Of a stretch of 64,000 nucleotides of DNA, positions 25,831 to 39,035 are shown piece by piece. The notes under the pieces were generated by a model. It was not told the DNA's origin and ran no database searches. It saw only the letters and a list, made by a program, of their open reading frames with translations. The translations under genes and the position numbers were made by a program. The DNA comes from Camelus ferus (lineage: Eukaryota), in contig NC_045702.1 in NCBI RefSeq assembly GCF_009834535.1, positions 80,848,001 to 80,912,000 on the forward strand, read 5' to 3'. How positions within the stretch are numbered: the first letter of the stretch is position 1; each line of letters opens with the position of its first letter.

Positions 25831-26715
25831 GTGGCAACTGCCTCCGTGTCCCTGACACCCTAGCTCTGCTGATGGAGAATAGCCCTGGGGAGGTGGTAGT
25901 CTGCATTTCCTCTGAACCAGATCAACAGTCCACCCGGGTTGGGGGGTGGTTCCATCGTGAGTAGAAATAGGTGAAAAGGGGAAGACAGCGCATGTAAGGA
26001 AGTGCGTAAACATCGCTCCTGGCTGGAGTGAAAAAGATTTAAACCTTTGATGCTCTGACTTGAGCATGCGTACAGACCCCTCAGGGTGTTTATTAGTTTT
26101 GCCCCCACCACTTGCATAAATTTCTGATCCAGCCTGTCTTGAAGCCCGGAGTCTACATTAATGTAAGCACCCCCAAACAATTCAGGGCATCCTGAGGGTG
26201 TCTGAGATGTATGTCAGTAGAGACTGGTGCCCTGTACCCGTAGGCTTGGTTTATTTCAAGAAGGATGCAAAGAAACTAAAATTGTACCCTGAACAGCTTC
26301 CCTGTCCTATTGCTGTGTCTTAGATAAGAAACTTTGTGGAAATTAAATTAATCTTCCTGGGCGGTTTTACTTGGGCAGTGATCTTCAGGGATTTGGAGAA
26401 GCTGGCAATACTGAGATAGCCTTGACCGTGAGAATGAAGACTTGATTTCTTTTCAAGAGAGGATGCCCTCTCTTCTAGGAGGTACAGCAGATGGCAGTGC
26501 ACTCCTCTGAGGAAATACGTTTCAAAAGGAAAGCTGGTGGACATTTCAAATGGGGCTTAACTTTACTCTTATTTATGTACCTTGGACATAAGAAAGGGGG
26601 AAAAAATCCCCTCACGATATTATGTAATATATGGTTTATCAGATGTACTTCAAGCCCCTGTGGGCCAGGGTAGATGCAACCAAAAATGCCGTCACAGTTG
26701 AGCTAGATGAGGATT

Positions 26716-26741
26716 TGACCTTTGACCTCATGTGTGAGTCA
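26716..26741 (-). promoter_or_regulatory. Perfect DR1 nuclear-receptor element with adjacent AP-1 site
   Basis: tgacctttgacct (AGGTCA-A-AGGTCA on minus) at 26716-26728; tgagtca at 26735-26741; motif only. Confidence 0.5.
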
Positions 26742-28189
26742 ATATATCTCTTTCGAACAAGAAAAGAATCGGCTCATAATCCAGTGTCCTTCTGGCAAAC
26801 GTGAGGCAGAGCCTCAGAGAAACCCAGCCATTAAAGTGAAAGGAAAACAGAAACTGTTTCCTATGACATGAATTTAAAGAACAGACTTACTTTTTTTTCC
26901 CCCCTTTGAATAGAAACAGTGAATTTGAAGTGGAGTAAAATTAAGCTAAATAAGAGGAAACAGTGAAATTTTGTAGACTGTGGAATAGTCTCACTGGGAA
27001 CATTTTGGAAGCCCCATCACTTAGTCATTTCAAACTCGACCAGACAAATGACTTGAAGATATGCTGTGAGAGGCGGGGTTGTAGAGGACGGATGAATGAA
27101 TTTTTTCTCTTTCCTCTATGGAAATTGCCTCCGTGGTGTCAGCACTCAGTCACACGCACGCACACACACACGCACACACGTGCAAGCACACACAGTCACT
27201 TACTTTCACATTGTCTCTTTTCTGACTTCTCAATTTCATCATCACCAAAATAGCATTTTAAAACCTCAGAAGCCTCTTTCTGTTGCCAGGTCTACATTTG
27301 CTATCTATTCTGACCCCACTTTTCCTTCGTTGTGGATTAGGTTTGCTGTTCAGGCTATAAAATCCTTACACGTTCCCCTTTGTCACCTTTAAAGGCATGG
27401 AAACACCTTCCCTGACCCATCTTAGTGATTCCAAGTAGTAAGCAGTAGAGTTTCCTCCCTGAGACCCATTGGGAAACAAAGCGGATAACCCACGCCCATC
27501 AAATGGGGACAGACAGAAGCTATACGTTTTATCAGGCTCATTTAAAATGCCCACCCAGAAAAGCGCTGAGCATTCTTTCCATCCCTGGAGTGACCCAGAC
27601 TTTCATGCATAACTGGTGTAAATCACAATATTGAAGAGCCAACGTCTTGCAAATTCGGAGCTAAATGTGGGGATGTTAAGTGTCACCATTCCCTGTATTT
27701 CCTGTTCTGCAGAGTTTAGCCCATTTTGCACCAGAAGATATATAAAATGATTGGGTTTTATTTACGTTTTTGTTCCATTTTGTTTTCGCTACAATAAGAA
27801 ATTTGAATGAAATGGAAAGATGACTTACTGTTTTCCATGTAAGCATGCTCACTTTTATGCCCTGATTATGGGAAATTAGAAATATGTTTCTATTTTTAAA
27901 TAATTTTAAATAGAGCACATGTTTCTTTTTTTAAAAAAAATCTTTTAAATTAAAAAAAAAATCTTTTCAGATATTTATTCTAGGTAGTTGATCACAATGA
28001 GGTATAATAAAAATACCCATTTTTATTTTCAGTTGTAATTTTTTTTTTAGAGGACAAAACTGTTCTGTTATACTTTGTTCCTTTTCTTCTTTTCCTCACT
28101 GCTCATGTTGAAGGTCAAGCAAGATTCTCTATTCAGTCTTGTGATATGTAACAGTAAAAGAAAATAATTACAATTATAATAATAATAAG

Positions 28190-28430
28190 AAGAAAACCCA
28201 GCAACCATGTATAGCGTATTCACAGATGTGCCAACCTTGCTCTAAGCCCTTCATTGATATCGTTCTGTTTTATTCTGACAACGGCTCTATAAGTAAAATG
28301 TTCCCATTTTACTGATGGGAAGATTGATCTTTGAGAGGTTCCACTATGCCTAAAATTGATATAACCAGTATAGCAGGAGTCAAGCCAATTTTTTCTGACT
28401 CCAGAGCCTGTGTCTTTAACTACCTGCCGT
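28190..28430 (-). mobile_element. MIR SINE
   Basis: atgtgccaaccttgctctaagccc...cccattttactgatgggaagattga...tctgactccagagcctgtgtctttaac. Confidence 0.7.
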
Positions 28431-30975
28431 ATACCTCAGAGAGACACATTTTCATTTAAATCTTAATGCAGTCATTGTATTTTCCCTGGTCCTCCCTCCC
28501 ATCTCACTTCACCTCCTGATTCTTTCTTCAAGAAGGAAACAAGAGTAACTTCCAAAATAATATTTTTGAACTACTGAAAATAGTTGACACTGTTGGTATT
28601 AATTTTTTGCGAGCTATTAAAATAGTAACACACATAATGTGACGATGCAACTTGGGACAGGTTTTTTAGGTGACCTAAAGAAATCAAGCAGTGGTTCTAA
28701 AGAAAAATCGTGTAGTAAAGCAAGAACTATATTTACCACCTTTGTGCTACTGCATTTAGTATTCTTGAAATGCCAGTTTTATTCAAGAGTATCAAACATA
28801 TTATAACAATCCTGAAAGGGAAAAGTAGTGCGTGGATTACATTTGTTTTCGGAAGAGGAAGAAGAGTGATTTCTCTGACTTTTTCTACCGAAGTATTTAT
28901 AAAGATCCCCTTTGCTGCACAAAACTGATCCACTTTCCATGTGAAAAGCAGTCTGTAAGAGTAGGGTTAACCAATGGAACGTGGGGATTTTGAGACAAGA
29001 CAGCTTTATTAATTGTTTTAAAGATACTGATCATAGTCATGTAGGAACTGATGATTGGGAAAGAAAGGCACCTAGACCTCGTCTCGCCCTCCAGAAGCTT
29101 ACACGTTTCAGCAGCATTATGCACCTTGCACTGAAGTATAATATTGGACGTACAGCCAGGGAAGAGATGCTTACCAGAACTTTAAGCATATGCTTAATTG
29201 AACAGGAAAGTATTGATATATTTGTTTCTTCTCTCCACACCAAATAGAATGCAGGCTCCGTGAGTGTAGACACTTTGTAATTTTTAATTAACTGCTATCT
29301 CTCTAGCATGAAAAAAGTACCTGGCACATAACAGATGCTTCCATAAGTATTTCTTAGATAATGTGAACTTTAAGAGAAGGCATCCAGGGGCGACTACACC
29401 TCTCCCTGCATCTATTTCTGTATGTATGAGGGGGAAGAGTGCAGTTGTCCACCTTCGTCTTCTTAAGAATATCACTTTCCCGGGCGGTTGCCCTTCTCAG
29501 ACAGAAAAACATTCTTTCAGTGTCATCAGCACTGTGGGTGATTCAAGGACTGAATATCTTAAGTGAAAGCGTCTGTTAGAAAACATGATAAGGTATTCGA
29601 GGACAAAGTCCTTGTCACTTATACGTTCTGAATGATGCTCAGATTCCCATGGGTAAACACCGAGTCCTAAATTGCTGTAGTAACAGCTCAGCACCATTGT
29701 CACGTTTCTCCCAGCTTGAGTGCAGAAAACAAACGCTGGCACCATGGGACTCATTCTGCACCCATGTGGAATAATTTAATTCCATTAATAATGCTAGAAA
29801 TGTTAAGAAAACAGTTTTTGGGGAAAAAAAGGGGGGGTAGAATACGGGGACATACGAAGCCAGTCTTTTCATCTGAACTCCAGGATCCATTTGTTTTCCA
29901 TTGTTTGCTGTTCTTCTGGATCTGTTTTCACTTTTATTTGTGGTCAACTTCGATATGTATACACGAAACTGCGCATCAGAGGTAAAATGACTCTGTCTTT
30001 TTACAGTATGACTTCAGACAGCTGGACAGTTTTAGGGTTCACTGGCTCCTGGATCAGTTTTCCCATGCCTCTGTGAAGCAGGCTAGTTAAGAAACTGCAA
30101 AGAGAAAAGGCATTGTCTTTAAAGGCACATGCATCCAACCCACTGAGCTGAGTTCTGGGCTCAGACCCTGCCCTTAGATCCTCATGCATCGCTTGCTCCT
30201 CAGCTGAACTCTGCCCCTCAGAAATTCTCATGTAATTTTCGGTGGCTACAGTGGGTAGAATCCTCCTAGTGTGTCCAAGGGTAGAATCCATCTGGCTGCA
30301 TGTCACATACTGTTTGGATTGGGGCACACAGCCAAAAAGGCATTTGTTTACTATTTATGTGGGCCTTCACCAATTTCTGGATGCCAAAAGAGATGAGCTC
30401 ACTGCTTTTGAGTAACTCATGCATCAAAACAGACTTAGACATTTTTCTTCCTTGAATTTAGTTAGAAAGAAAATCATTCAGTGGTTGTCTGGAAGCCTAA
30501 ATATATTTGGGGTTCTCCACTTCAACCCAAGCTGACCCTCAAGCTGACCACACCTGAAAGCAACATGACTTGCTTTTAAGCAGAGAGGCGTACGTGCAAG
30601 CTCTTGTGGCCATGATGGGTTAACAAAGACACAGAGGCTGGCTGGAACCTTCTTGAAGCTTTCTTACAAAGTTCAAGTTCTTGTAAACCATTTGGGGAAC
30701 CATCACTTTGGTATCATCCAAACACGAATCCAACCTAGGGAACTGTTAATGCCTCCACTGTCAGGAATCCGTTGTTTTTCTGTGCAGTTGACTTAATTGT
30801 AGTCGTCATTTGTTTTATGTCCTTATGAAAAGAGCACATATTCCTTTGGGGTTGTTTTTAATATAAAAAATGCTAGTGCTTTGCTTTTGAACATATGAAG
30901 TGGTTCCATGTGTATTATCAAGCTATTGTAGTAGCATACAATGAGGGTGTTGCTCTGACTTGGTCTAAAATCATA

Positions 30976-31033
30976 GTGTGTGTGTGTGTGTGTGTGTGTG
31001 CGTGTGCGTGTGCGTGTGTGTGTGTGTGTGTGT
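30976..31033. repeat. (TG)n microsatellite with CG interruptions
   Basis: Seen directly. Confidence 0.97.
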
Positions 31034-32193
31034 TTGAAGTGTCATCTAAGGAGCCTCAGAGACAAATACCAGAAATGTAGAGCAGTGAGAGTGAGAGGAG
31101 AAAAGGCTCCTTGAGGCAATGCATGCATCTTGGAAAGCACTTTGAGAACCACCTGAGAAGCAATTGGTAGATATACTTCCAAACCCTCAAAAATATTGAG
31201 CATCCAAATGGAAAACCATTAAGTTTAATGAGATCTTTGTCTATAAAGTAAGACTAAAAGCTTAAAGAAATTTCAAGTTTGCAAGTACCGAGGGCTGGAT
31301 ATTTTGGACTAAATTCCAGCTTTTCAGAAGGAGGATGCCTAAACTCTTGAGTATTGACAGGGTTTTGTTTGCACAGGATTCCAGGTGGTCCTGAATAGTC
31401 AGTTTCAGGGCTTGATTAGACTCATGGACAAGACTTACAGATGTTCCCCCCAAAGTCCACCCTGTTTTAAATCTATTTTATCCTGTCCGTGCTTCTATGA
31501 ATGTTGAGAGTAATTTCCTCCTCAGGAACTCTTTGAACGCTGAGATCCTATTCAAGACAGGCTCAACCTTCTGTCTTAACCAGCATCGTTGTAACTTCCC
31601 TCTTCAACCTATTTTCCTTTCTTTTCTGGTCTTTGCTACCCTTTTCTGTCAATTTTATAAAATTACTGAAACGATGATGATTCTGATTAATCTTGCTCTC
31701 TTATACCCATCCTTGGGGGATTCTGTCTTGGTTTTGTTACTCCCCACTATGTGTTTTGCTAGGAAAAACACAATCATGGGTATTTGTCTTGAGCTCTGAT
31801 TCTGATTTCCACATATTTGAATTCACGGTGTCTCTACCACTTAACCAAGTTGCTTAAGCTAATGCTTCACAGCATTTTTAACATTACAAGATAAATTTTA
31901 AAATTATAATATTTGTACAACTGCTGGGTAAGAACCCTGGAGTAAACAAATGGAGCTGTTTGGGGCAGGGGCCAAAGAGTTTGGCCCAGCCACCCTAAGG
32001 GGTGAGATGATGAGCATCTCAGAAGACTCATGACCTATATTCTACGCAGGGCCATTTCAGCCATCTCTATATCCATCTCCTGGTCTACAAAACGTAAACA
32101 AAAGGGATATGTACTACCTGCCTCTTAAAGTTGTAAAGATTACATGAGTTCATACATGTAAAGCATAGTGCCCATCACCCCAAAGGTGCTCAT

Positions 32194-32235
32194 TAGTAAT
32201 GGTAGTAGGAGAGCTAGTAATGGTAGTAGGAGAGA
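32194..32235. repeat. 21-bp tandem duplication
   Basis: tagtaatggtagtaggagag(c/a) x2. Confidence 0.9.
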
Positions 32236-34559
32236 CACTAGTGGTAGTTGAACAGCAGTTGCAGTAACTTTGCTTCTTTATAATCTCACATATGGGAGAG
32301 AATCATTGACAAGACATAGTATGTATATTTTCAAAGAACAATTGTATTCATTGATGTCTAGTGTTATAGGATGGTTAATCTTAATGTGTGGTGCCACATA
32401 ATAGAGTTTCAAGAAACCAAGGCCAGTGAGGAAGGGGAATCTGTGGAGAATAAGATGCCAAGGCAGGTAGACTCTGGAGGAAATGACTCAGTTTCTCAGA
32501 GGAAATGAGCAAACTGCCCAAGGACCAGGTTATGAGCTGAGATTTAGGAAAGGACTGTAGGTAGCCTTGAGGTAGGGTCTACAGGAGGGAGCAGGACAGC
32601 CAGACAGAAGCTCATGCCATGAAAAGGCTAACTTGGGAGGGTTTGGGTTCTGATGGAAGGGCCATATGAACAGATCCACTGAACATGTCCCTAGGTCACC
32701 CTCCCCTCCCCTGTTTGCCGGCAAGGGAAGTACTGGAGTAGGCTTAGCAGTGGATTCCAGACCCAGGAGTGCTGCTTAATTCCTGGGAGCACTTGAAGGA
32801 CTCCTTTCTTAAAGGCTGGCTTGAGCCTCGCTTGCAGATAAAGGACATCAGATATCCAGCGGCAGAAACCTGGGGGTCTCAACAAGTGGGAAGGACCATC
32901 TGAAAAACTAGGAAGCCTTAGACTTGCAAGGACTGTATTCAGCCAGGTCTGAAGAGGCACCCACGTGCTTGGGCACTGTCCCCTCCCTCACTGCCCAGGC
33001 GGTCTACTTCCAACCATGCTCCCTGGGGACATCGCTTCCACACCCCAAGCCTTGCTCTTCTACAGTTTCACAAAGCCTGGTTGATTTACATTCTTTGCCC
33101 TTCCATCGTCCAAGCCTAATAAGGAAGTCAGTCAGCTGTGGGTTGGGATAAGGAGCTGCTGGTGAAGAAGAGCATTCTTCCAAGGGCCTTTTGATCTTTA
33201 AGAGGCTGTAAGTGGCCCAATTCCCTGCTTTTATGCAAAAATGTCTCTTGTATGTGTCATTCAAACAGACTGTTTTCCTTCCCATGAATGTAATTCATGT
33301 CTCTTGGAGATTTTATAGGAAACAGCATGCAGGCCATCCCTAAGTCAGGCAGAAGGGGAAAGCATGTGACTTGATTTTGCTCACCTCCTGGACTTTTCTT
33401 TCTTTATTCATTGATATCTGTCTTCAAGAGTCACATATTTCAACAGCAAGGCAAGATATCCCTAGGAGATTCATGCCTAGTCCTGACTCTGTCCCTAACC
33501 AACTGTGTGACATTGGACAAGCTGCATTATACCTTTGGGCCTCACTTTTCTTGTCTGGAAACTTAGCAAGTTGGATTTGATGAGGTAAATTTCATGGGCA
33601 GTGTGTTTGTTATCACTCTTGAAAACATGATTTGAAGATGAATCCACCTAATTTTAAATCCTTGTTCTGTTACTTTGCCAAATGACTCAACTACATCAGA
33701 GCCTAAGCTTTCTTATCTATAATCAAGGTTATTATAAGGATTTTTTTAAAGATAGTGCTTGTAAAGTTCTTAATAGTGCCTGAATATTCTAACTGCTAAA
33801 TACATTTTAGCTCGTATTATTTTTTTCCATCCATAATTTCCATATATAACTTCATATAAATCTGTTATTCTCTTTTCCGTTAGCGTGGGCAATCAAGATG
33901 GGCAATGGTGACACTATTTTATTCTACGCGTACATTTGTTTGTGTACGTGTGTTCTCTCTCTCCCTCCTTCCCCTACCTCTGTGTCACATACATACACAC
34001 ACACCAAAAAGGAAACTGGATTTTCTACCATCAACAGAACTTGGGATTAACTTAGGTAAAGAGGTATCATACCAGTATTTGGTTCCTTAAGCTCTTTCAC
34101 AAAGCCTTCCTTTTGAGTCAACAGCCCATGGAGACAACAGGTCAAGTTTTAAGGCTGAGGAGGCTGTTAAAGTCATTGTTGAGCAACCCCACTGTGTACA
34201 AAAGCGAAGTTCCTCCCTGTATTCAGAGGGAACAGAGCCTTGACAAGTGAGGTCATCACAGCTCTGCAGTGTTAGCTATGGCCGTTCACCTCAGAGCCAG
34301 GCCCTGTTAGGTACCCGAATAAGTCAAATAAGAGCTGTGTGACGGTCTTGTAGAGAAGGACTCTGACAAAGGGATGGGACTTTAGTGAAAGAGTTTTTGT
34401 CTGCAGTGCCTTTTGAGAAGAGAGGATCTTTTGGGAGGAGAGGTTTAGAGACTATGAATCAACCCCTCTGTTGTTCGATATTCCATTTCCTGTTTTGAGT
34501 TGAGTGGGTTTTGATGCAATCAGGAGGTTGCGGCTTTTTTGTTTTTGTGTATAGCCTAG

Positions 34560-36500
34560 GCAAGTCTGACTTTTCATTTGTGTATTCATTTATATATTAT
34601 CTACTCGAAAAACATGAATCTGTACCTGTAGTTTGCCAACACTGGGCTAGGGGGTAGAAATACAAATGTGGCTAAAACCAGATCTCCACCCACAGGGATG
34701 TTACAGTCTTAACAGGGACAGATGAGGAACTAGGCACTGTCAGTATAGTGAGTTGGTGCTATGAAAGGTATACAGAAGGTACTATGAGGGACACTGAAAT
34801 GACTGAAGACTCAGGGGAGGAGAACCTGAAAAAAGGCAGCTGTAAAGATGCACTGGAGAGGCATTAAAGCACGGATTAAGCGGGAGTAAAGAGCCTGTAT
34901 TTAGAATTATGTTACTGACTGGGGCTATTGGCATAACAATGGTATCCCCCGTTAATGGAAGGAATACAAAACAAAGTGCTTTTGTGTGCAAAATAATGAT
35001 GACTTTGGCCTTAACCATATGGAATTGAAGATCTTGTGAGACAAGCCTTGAAGATAAATTGTTCAGCAATCAGCTGTCATTAGGATTTAAATGGAGATTG
35101 ACGCCATGAGTATACATGCATGTCCTTCAGAGAGGTAGTATACAGATTTAAGGAGATCATGATCTGCCTGAGGAATAATCAGTTTTAAGTGTCCAGATGA
35201 GGAAACAGAGATAGAAAAAAAGACATAGCCATAGAAATAGGAGGAATTCCAAGAAGAACTGTGTCACAGAAGCCAAGAGAAGAAGAACTTCTAGACGGAC
35301 ATAGTGATCAGCAGAATCAAATACCACAGATGCAAGATAATGTCTGCTAGGTGTCTCTGTTACTTACATGGGCTTTTTGCTACCAAAGAATATATTCGTT
35401 CAAGTTTTATGACACAACAGTGGCTTTGTTGTAAGTACACACTCAGCAAATGAAGACGACAGGAACCCTAGCTCATGCAACCAGGTTTGGGGAGAATAGG
35501 AGCCACAGAAAAGTCAGTCCTTGTAGAGTATGCACTACAGTTTGGAAACTAGCCCATTCAAGATACAAGAAGCACTCGGGATATCTTGTTGCGTCCTGAA
35601 GGAACTATGGGAACGTAGAGGAGGTGCCATGATGCCTCCATGTGCGAGGTGCTCCATGATCGCTCTCGAGGCTGCCTGCCATCAACTTAACTCTTTGTTT
35701 CTCTAGGGAGGTCTGCACGCTTTGGCTCCATTACTAGACCAGGCTTTCAAGGACAGAATCCAACTGGTCTAGTTTGCCCCCATGTCTATAATTAGAGAGG
35801 GGCTTCCTAGCTCATAGACTGGTAGTCTTTGGGTCACTCTGATACCCCGACTCCCTGCAGTCAGCTGTACCCAGGAGGCAAGTAATATGGTTACCTCTTC
35901 ATAGAGAACCACCAAGGACTGCTTTCCTCAACAAGGGGCAGTGGATCTGGAAGATGCTCTCCCTTTTAAAGCCTCTTCTTTAGTACCACGGACATGGGTG
36001 ATGTGGAAATGTTGGTCTCTCGAGGGAGCAGTTTCAATGGAATGGTGGAGATGGAAGCTGGATTTTGGATTTTAGTAGACTGAGTAGTTAATGGGAAGTG
36101 AGCTAGTAGAGGCAGGGAATATAGACAAGTTTGGGTGGGAAGGAAGGTAGACAAATACAGTATCAGAGCTAATAGAATATATACTTCCAAGACAAGATTG
36201 TCTTTTAAGAGAGAAGATACTTGTAATAGGAACAAAGGGTGGGTATGCAGGAGAGAAGATGACGAATAGACCGGGGTCCCTTAAGAGCTGGAAAGGAACC
36301 TGGCAGAGCACCGTCAATCACTTGATCCATATTTATACTCCCCACGGGACTTAACCTATCCGAGGCAGCTGGATATTGCTGGATGTAATTACTGGAGAAA
36401 TTCTGAGAGAGAGTTGGAGAAGGACTGAGATGAAAGGGAACATGTTAAAGAAATGGAGAAACACCACATCAGTAGGAAGACTAAAGGGAGCAGGAGAAGA
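34560..36500 (-). mobile_element. L2 LINE fragment, interrupted near 35341-35932
   Basis: Reverse-complement L2 3' end (ttcatttgtgtattcattt...) and body (gtgtcacagaagccaagagaag..., gagcagtttcaatggaatggtgg). Confidence 0.65.
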
Positions 36501-37931
36501 GGAAGCGGGGAAAGGAGGAGGGTCTGTAGGCAGGCGTTTGACCAAATATTGCCAAGGGACGGATGAGAGTCCTCTTGGATGTTCTGATGGCTCTAAGGAT
36601 TGCATTTATTTCTCTGGCTGCCGGAAGAGGAACAAAAGCAGCCCTTGATTGTGACATGTCTCATAACTCACCACCATAGCAGGCGAGTCCCCAGATATCC
36701 TAGAGCTTCTTATTTTGCATCAATAAATATTTACTGCTGTTGTATCACCTTAGTGATGGCTTTCACCATACATCCTGTCTGAATCTTGGAACAATCTCTT
36801 TTGAAAAAAAATTCTTAATACCAGAAATAATCCCGTGGATCAGCCAATTAGGTCTTAAAAATAGAACCTTTGTTAAGAAGCCATTACAATTTCTCTTCTG
36901 GTGTTGGGCTCTGTTGTTGATAAATTGCCCCCAGGCTCCTCTCTTAATGTCTTAGGTTAAGACTGTCTCTAGTACATACATACACCAGAAACACAAAGTT
37001 TTTTTTTTTTTTTCATTTAAAAATAGATCCAAAGGCAAACATATTTCAAACGGATTTCCTCCTATGGGGAATTCAAAAACTAACACTGGAGAATGAAGGT
37101 TAAACTGTCATTTTACGTTTGCACTCAGCAACTGTAATTTCTACTCTCATAGTTTTCCATTTCCTCCACCAAACTCTACTGCCCTGGTGGCTCTAAGCTG
37201 GAAGTGGCAGCTTTTGTGAGCATGGGAGACCTCTGTTTTCTGCTTTGAGAAGAAAAAGGACCTCTTACAAGTTTCCTTTCCTTTTCTTTCTTTTCTTCCT
37301 CTTTCTCTTTCTTTCTTTTTTTCTTTTGAGAGAAGGGAAAAAGAGAAGATAGTTGAAGGTGAATTTAAAAGTGGTATTTAAATTTAAAATTTCATTCCCT
37401 TCAACGATGGAGTACTAGAAGGGCCAGACAGCTGTCCTGGTCCTATGAAATTGCCTTAATTCCTCTTGATGGAGTTAAAGCTAATTTGTTTCCTGGTTTA
37501 TAATCTTATCACTGAAGAATAGCCCGCATTCATTGAGCACCTAGTAGGTGCCAAATACTGAGGATAAAAGGAGAACAAGCATCAGTCCCTTTCCTAAAAG
37601 AGCTCACATTGCAGTGGTGATCACCGTGTAATTGCTGGATTAATCAGCTATTCGGGGGAAGTGGAAGTTGGGAAGAAAAACAACAGTGAGCAGTGGATAG
37701 AAAATTTCTCCCTCTTATTCAGGCTCGTGACAAGTAGCTAGCTACCTCCTTAACTTTGCTCTGTGACTGGAGAGAGCAAAATATATTCCTTGCTTTAAAA
37801 AAAAAAGTTCCCTAAGGAAAGAACTTTGCCTATAGCTCTGAAGCTAATGCATGTTCCTAAAGCCCAAGGAGTCTTTGCTGACAGGCCAGCTTGCCAATTC
37901 AGAACTGAAAAGAGGGTGTGTAAAGGTAAAG

Positions 37932-37932
<1 letters not shown>

Positions 37933-37971
<39 letters not shown>
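37933..37971. repeat. (TG)n microsatellite
   Basis: About 19 pure units. Confidence 0.97.
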
Positions 37972-37972
<1 letters not shown>

Positions 37973-38134
37973 GGGGAGGCAAGGACAAAGGAAGGAGAAG
38001 GGGGAAAACATCAGGGAGGGAGACAGAAGAAGCATTTGTGTAGATGAAGTAATTTTCCTAATTATCTTCAGAGGATCACTATGGGTGAGGCAGGAAACAG
38101 ACAACACAGAGAACATATGTGATCAAATATGGTG

Positions 38135-38524
38135 TGTATTAGTTGGTAGTAATGCGAGCTGCTATAACAAACAGCCCCTAATCTCAAATCATTGTTTCTT
38201 GTTTGCCCCTGTCACCATCCAATACTGTCATGGGGGAGAGAACACCATCTCACACAGTCCCTCAGGAACACAGGCTTTTCCTATCTTGTAATGTCACTAT
38301 CTTCAATATGTGGTCCCCGGGTTACTGCAAAAAGGGGCAGAGAGGAGGGAAGGTTGGAACCAGGTCCTGAAGTTGCATATACTCCCCCTGCTTCTGTTCC
38401 ACTGGATAGAATTCAGACTCGTGGCCCAAAACTAAATGCAAAAGAAACTGGAAAATGTCGTCTTCCTGTATGCCCAGGAGGACAATACATTGTTTTCAGT
38501 GAACGTATGGCACTGTCTCTGACA
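38135..38524 (-). mobile_element. MaLR solo LTR (MLT1J-like)
   Basis: tgtattagtt...gctgctataacaaac at one end; gaaaatgtcgtcttcctgtatgcccagg...ctgtctctgaca at the other. Confidence 0.75.
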
Positions 38525-38790
38525 TCTGGTCGTGCTTTCAGAAAGCTAAACTTGACAGTGGTAAGAGTCATGTGACAAGTGAGGTCTTGCCCCTGTTGCA
38601 GCACTGGCTGCCTGATTCTCAGCATTACTTAGAAGAGTTTGGGTCTATATACTCATTATTTATATCTCGTCTGACTTGAGTGAAGAACATTTTCCAAGTT
38701 TCAGATTCCCTGAAGAAACTTAATTTGAAGTGAATAAAGTAAACTGAAGTTTTCTTCTTCTTTTGTTCCTTCTTCCCTTCCTCTCCTCTC

Positions 38791-39035
38791 NNNNNNNNNN
38801 NNNNNNNNNNNNNNNNNNNNNNNNNNNNNNNNNNNNNNNNNNNNNNNNNNNNNNNNNNNNNNNNNNNNNNNNNNNNNNNNNNNNNNNNNNNNNNNNNNNN
38901 NNNNNNNNNNNNNNNNNNNNNNNNNNNNNNNNNNNNNNNNNNNNNNNNNNNNNNNNNNNNNNNNNNNNNNNNNNNNNNNNNNNNNNNNNNNNNNNNNNNN
39001 NNNNNNNNNNNNNNNNNNNNNNNNNNNNNNNNNNN
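38791..39035. other. Assembly gap or masked run (245 N) next to a pyrimidine tract
   Basis: N run seen directly. Confidence 0.98.

Noticed and set aside
37851-38291. 146-aa ORF with a CV repeat
   Set aside because: Translation of a (TG)n microsatellite running into an MLT1 LTR
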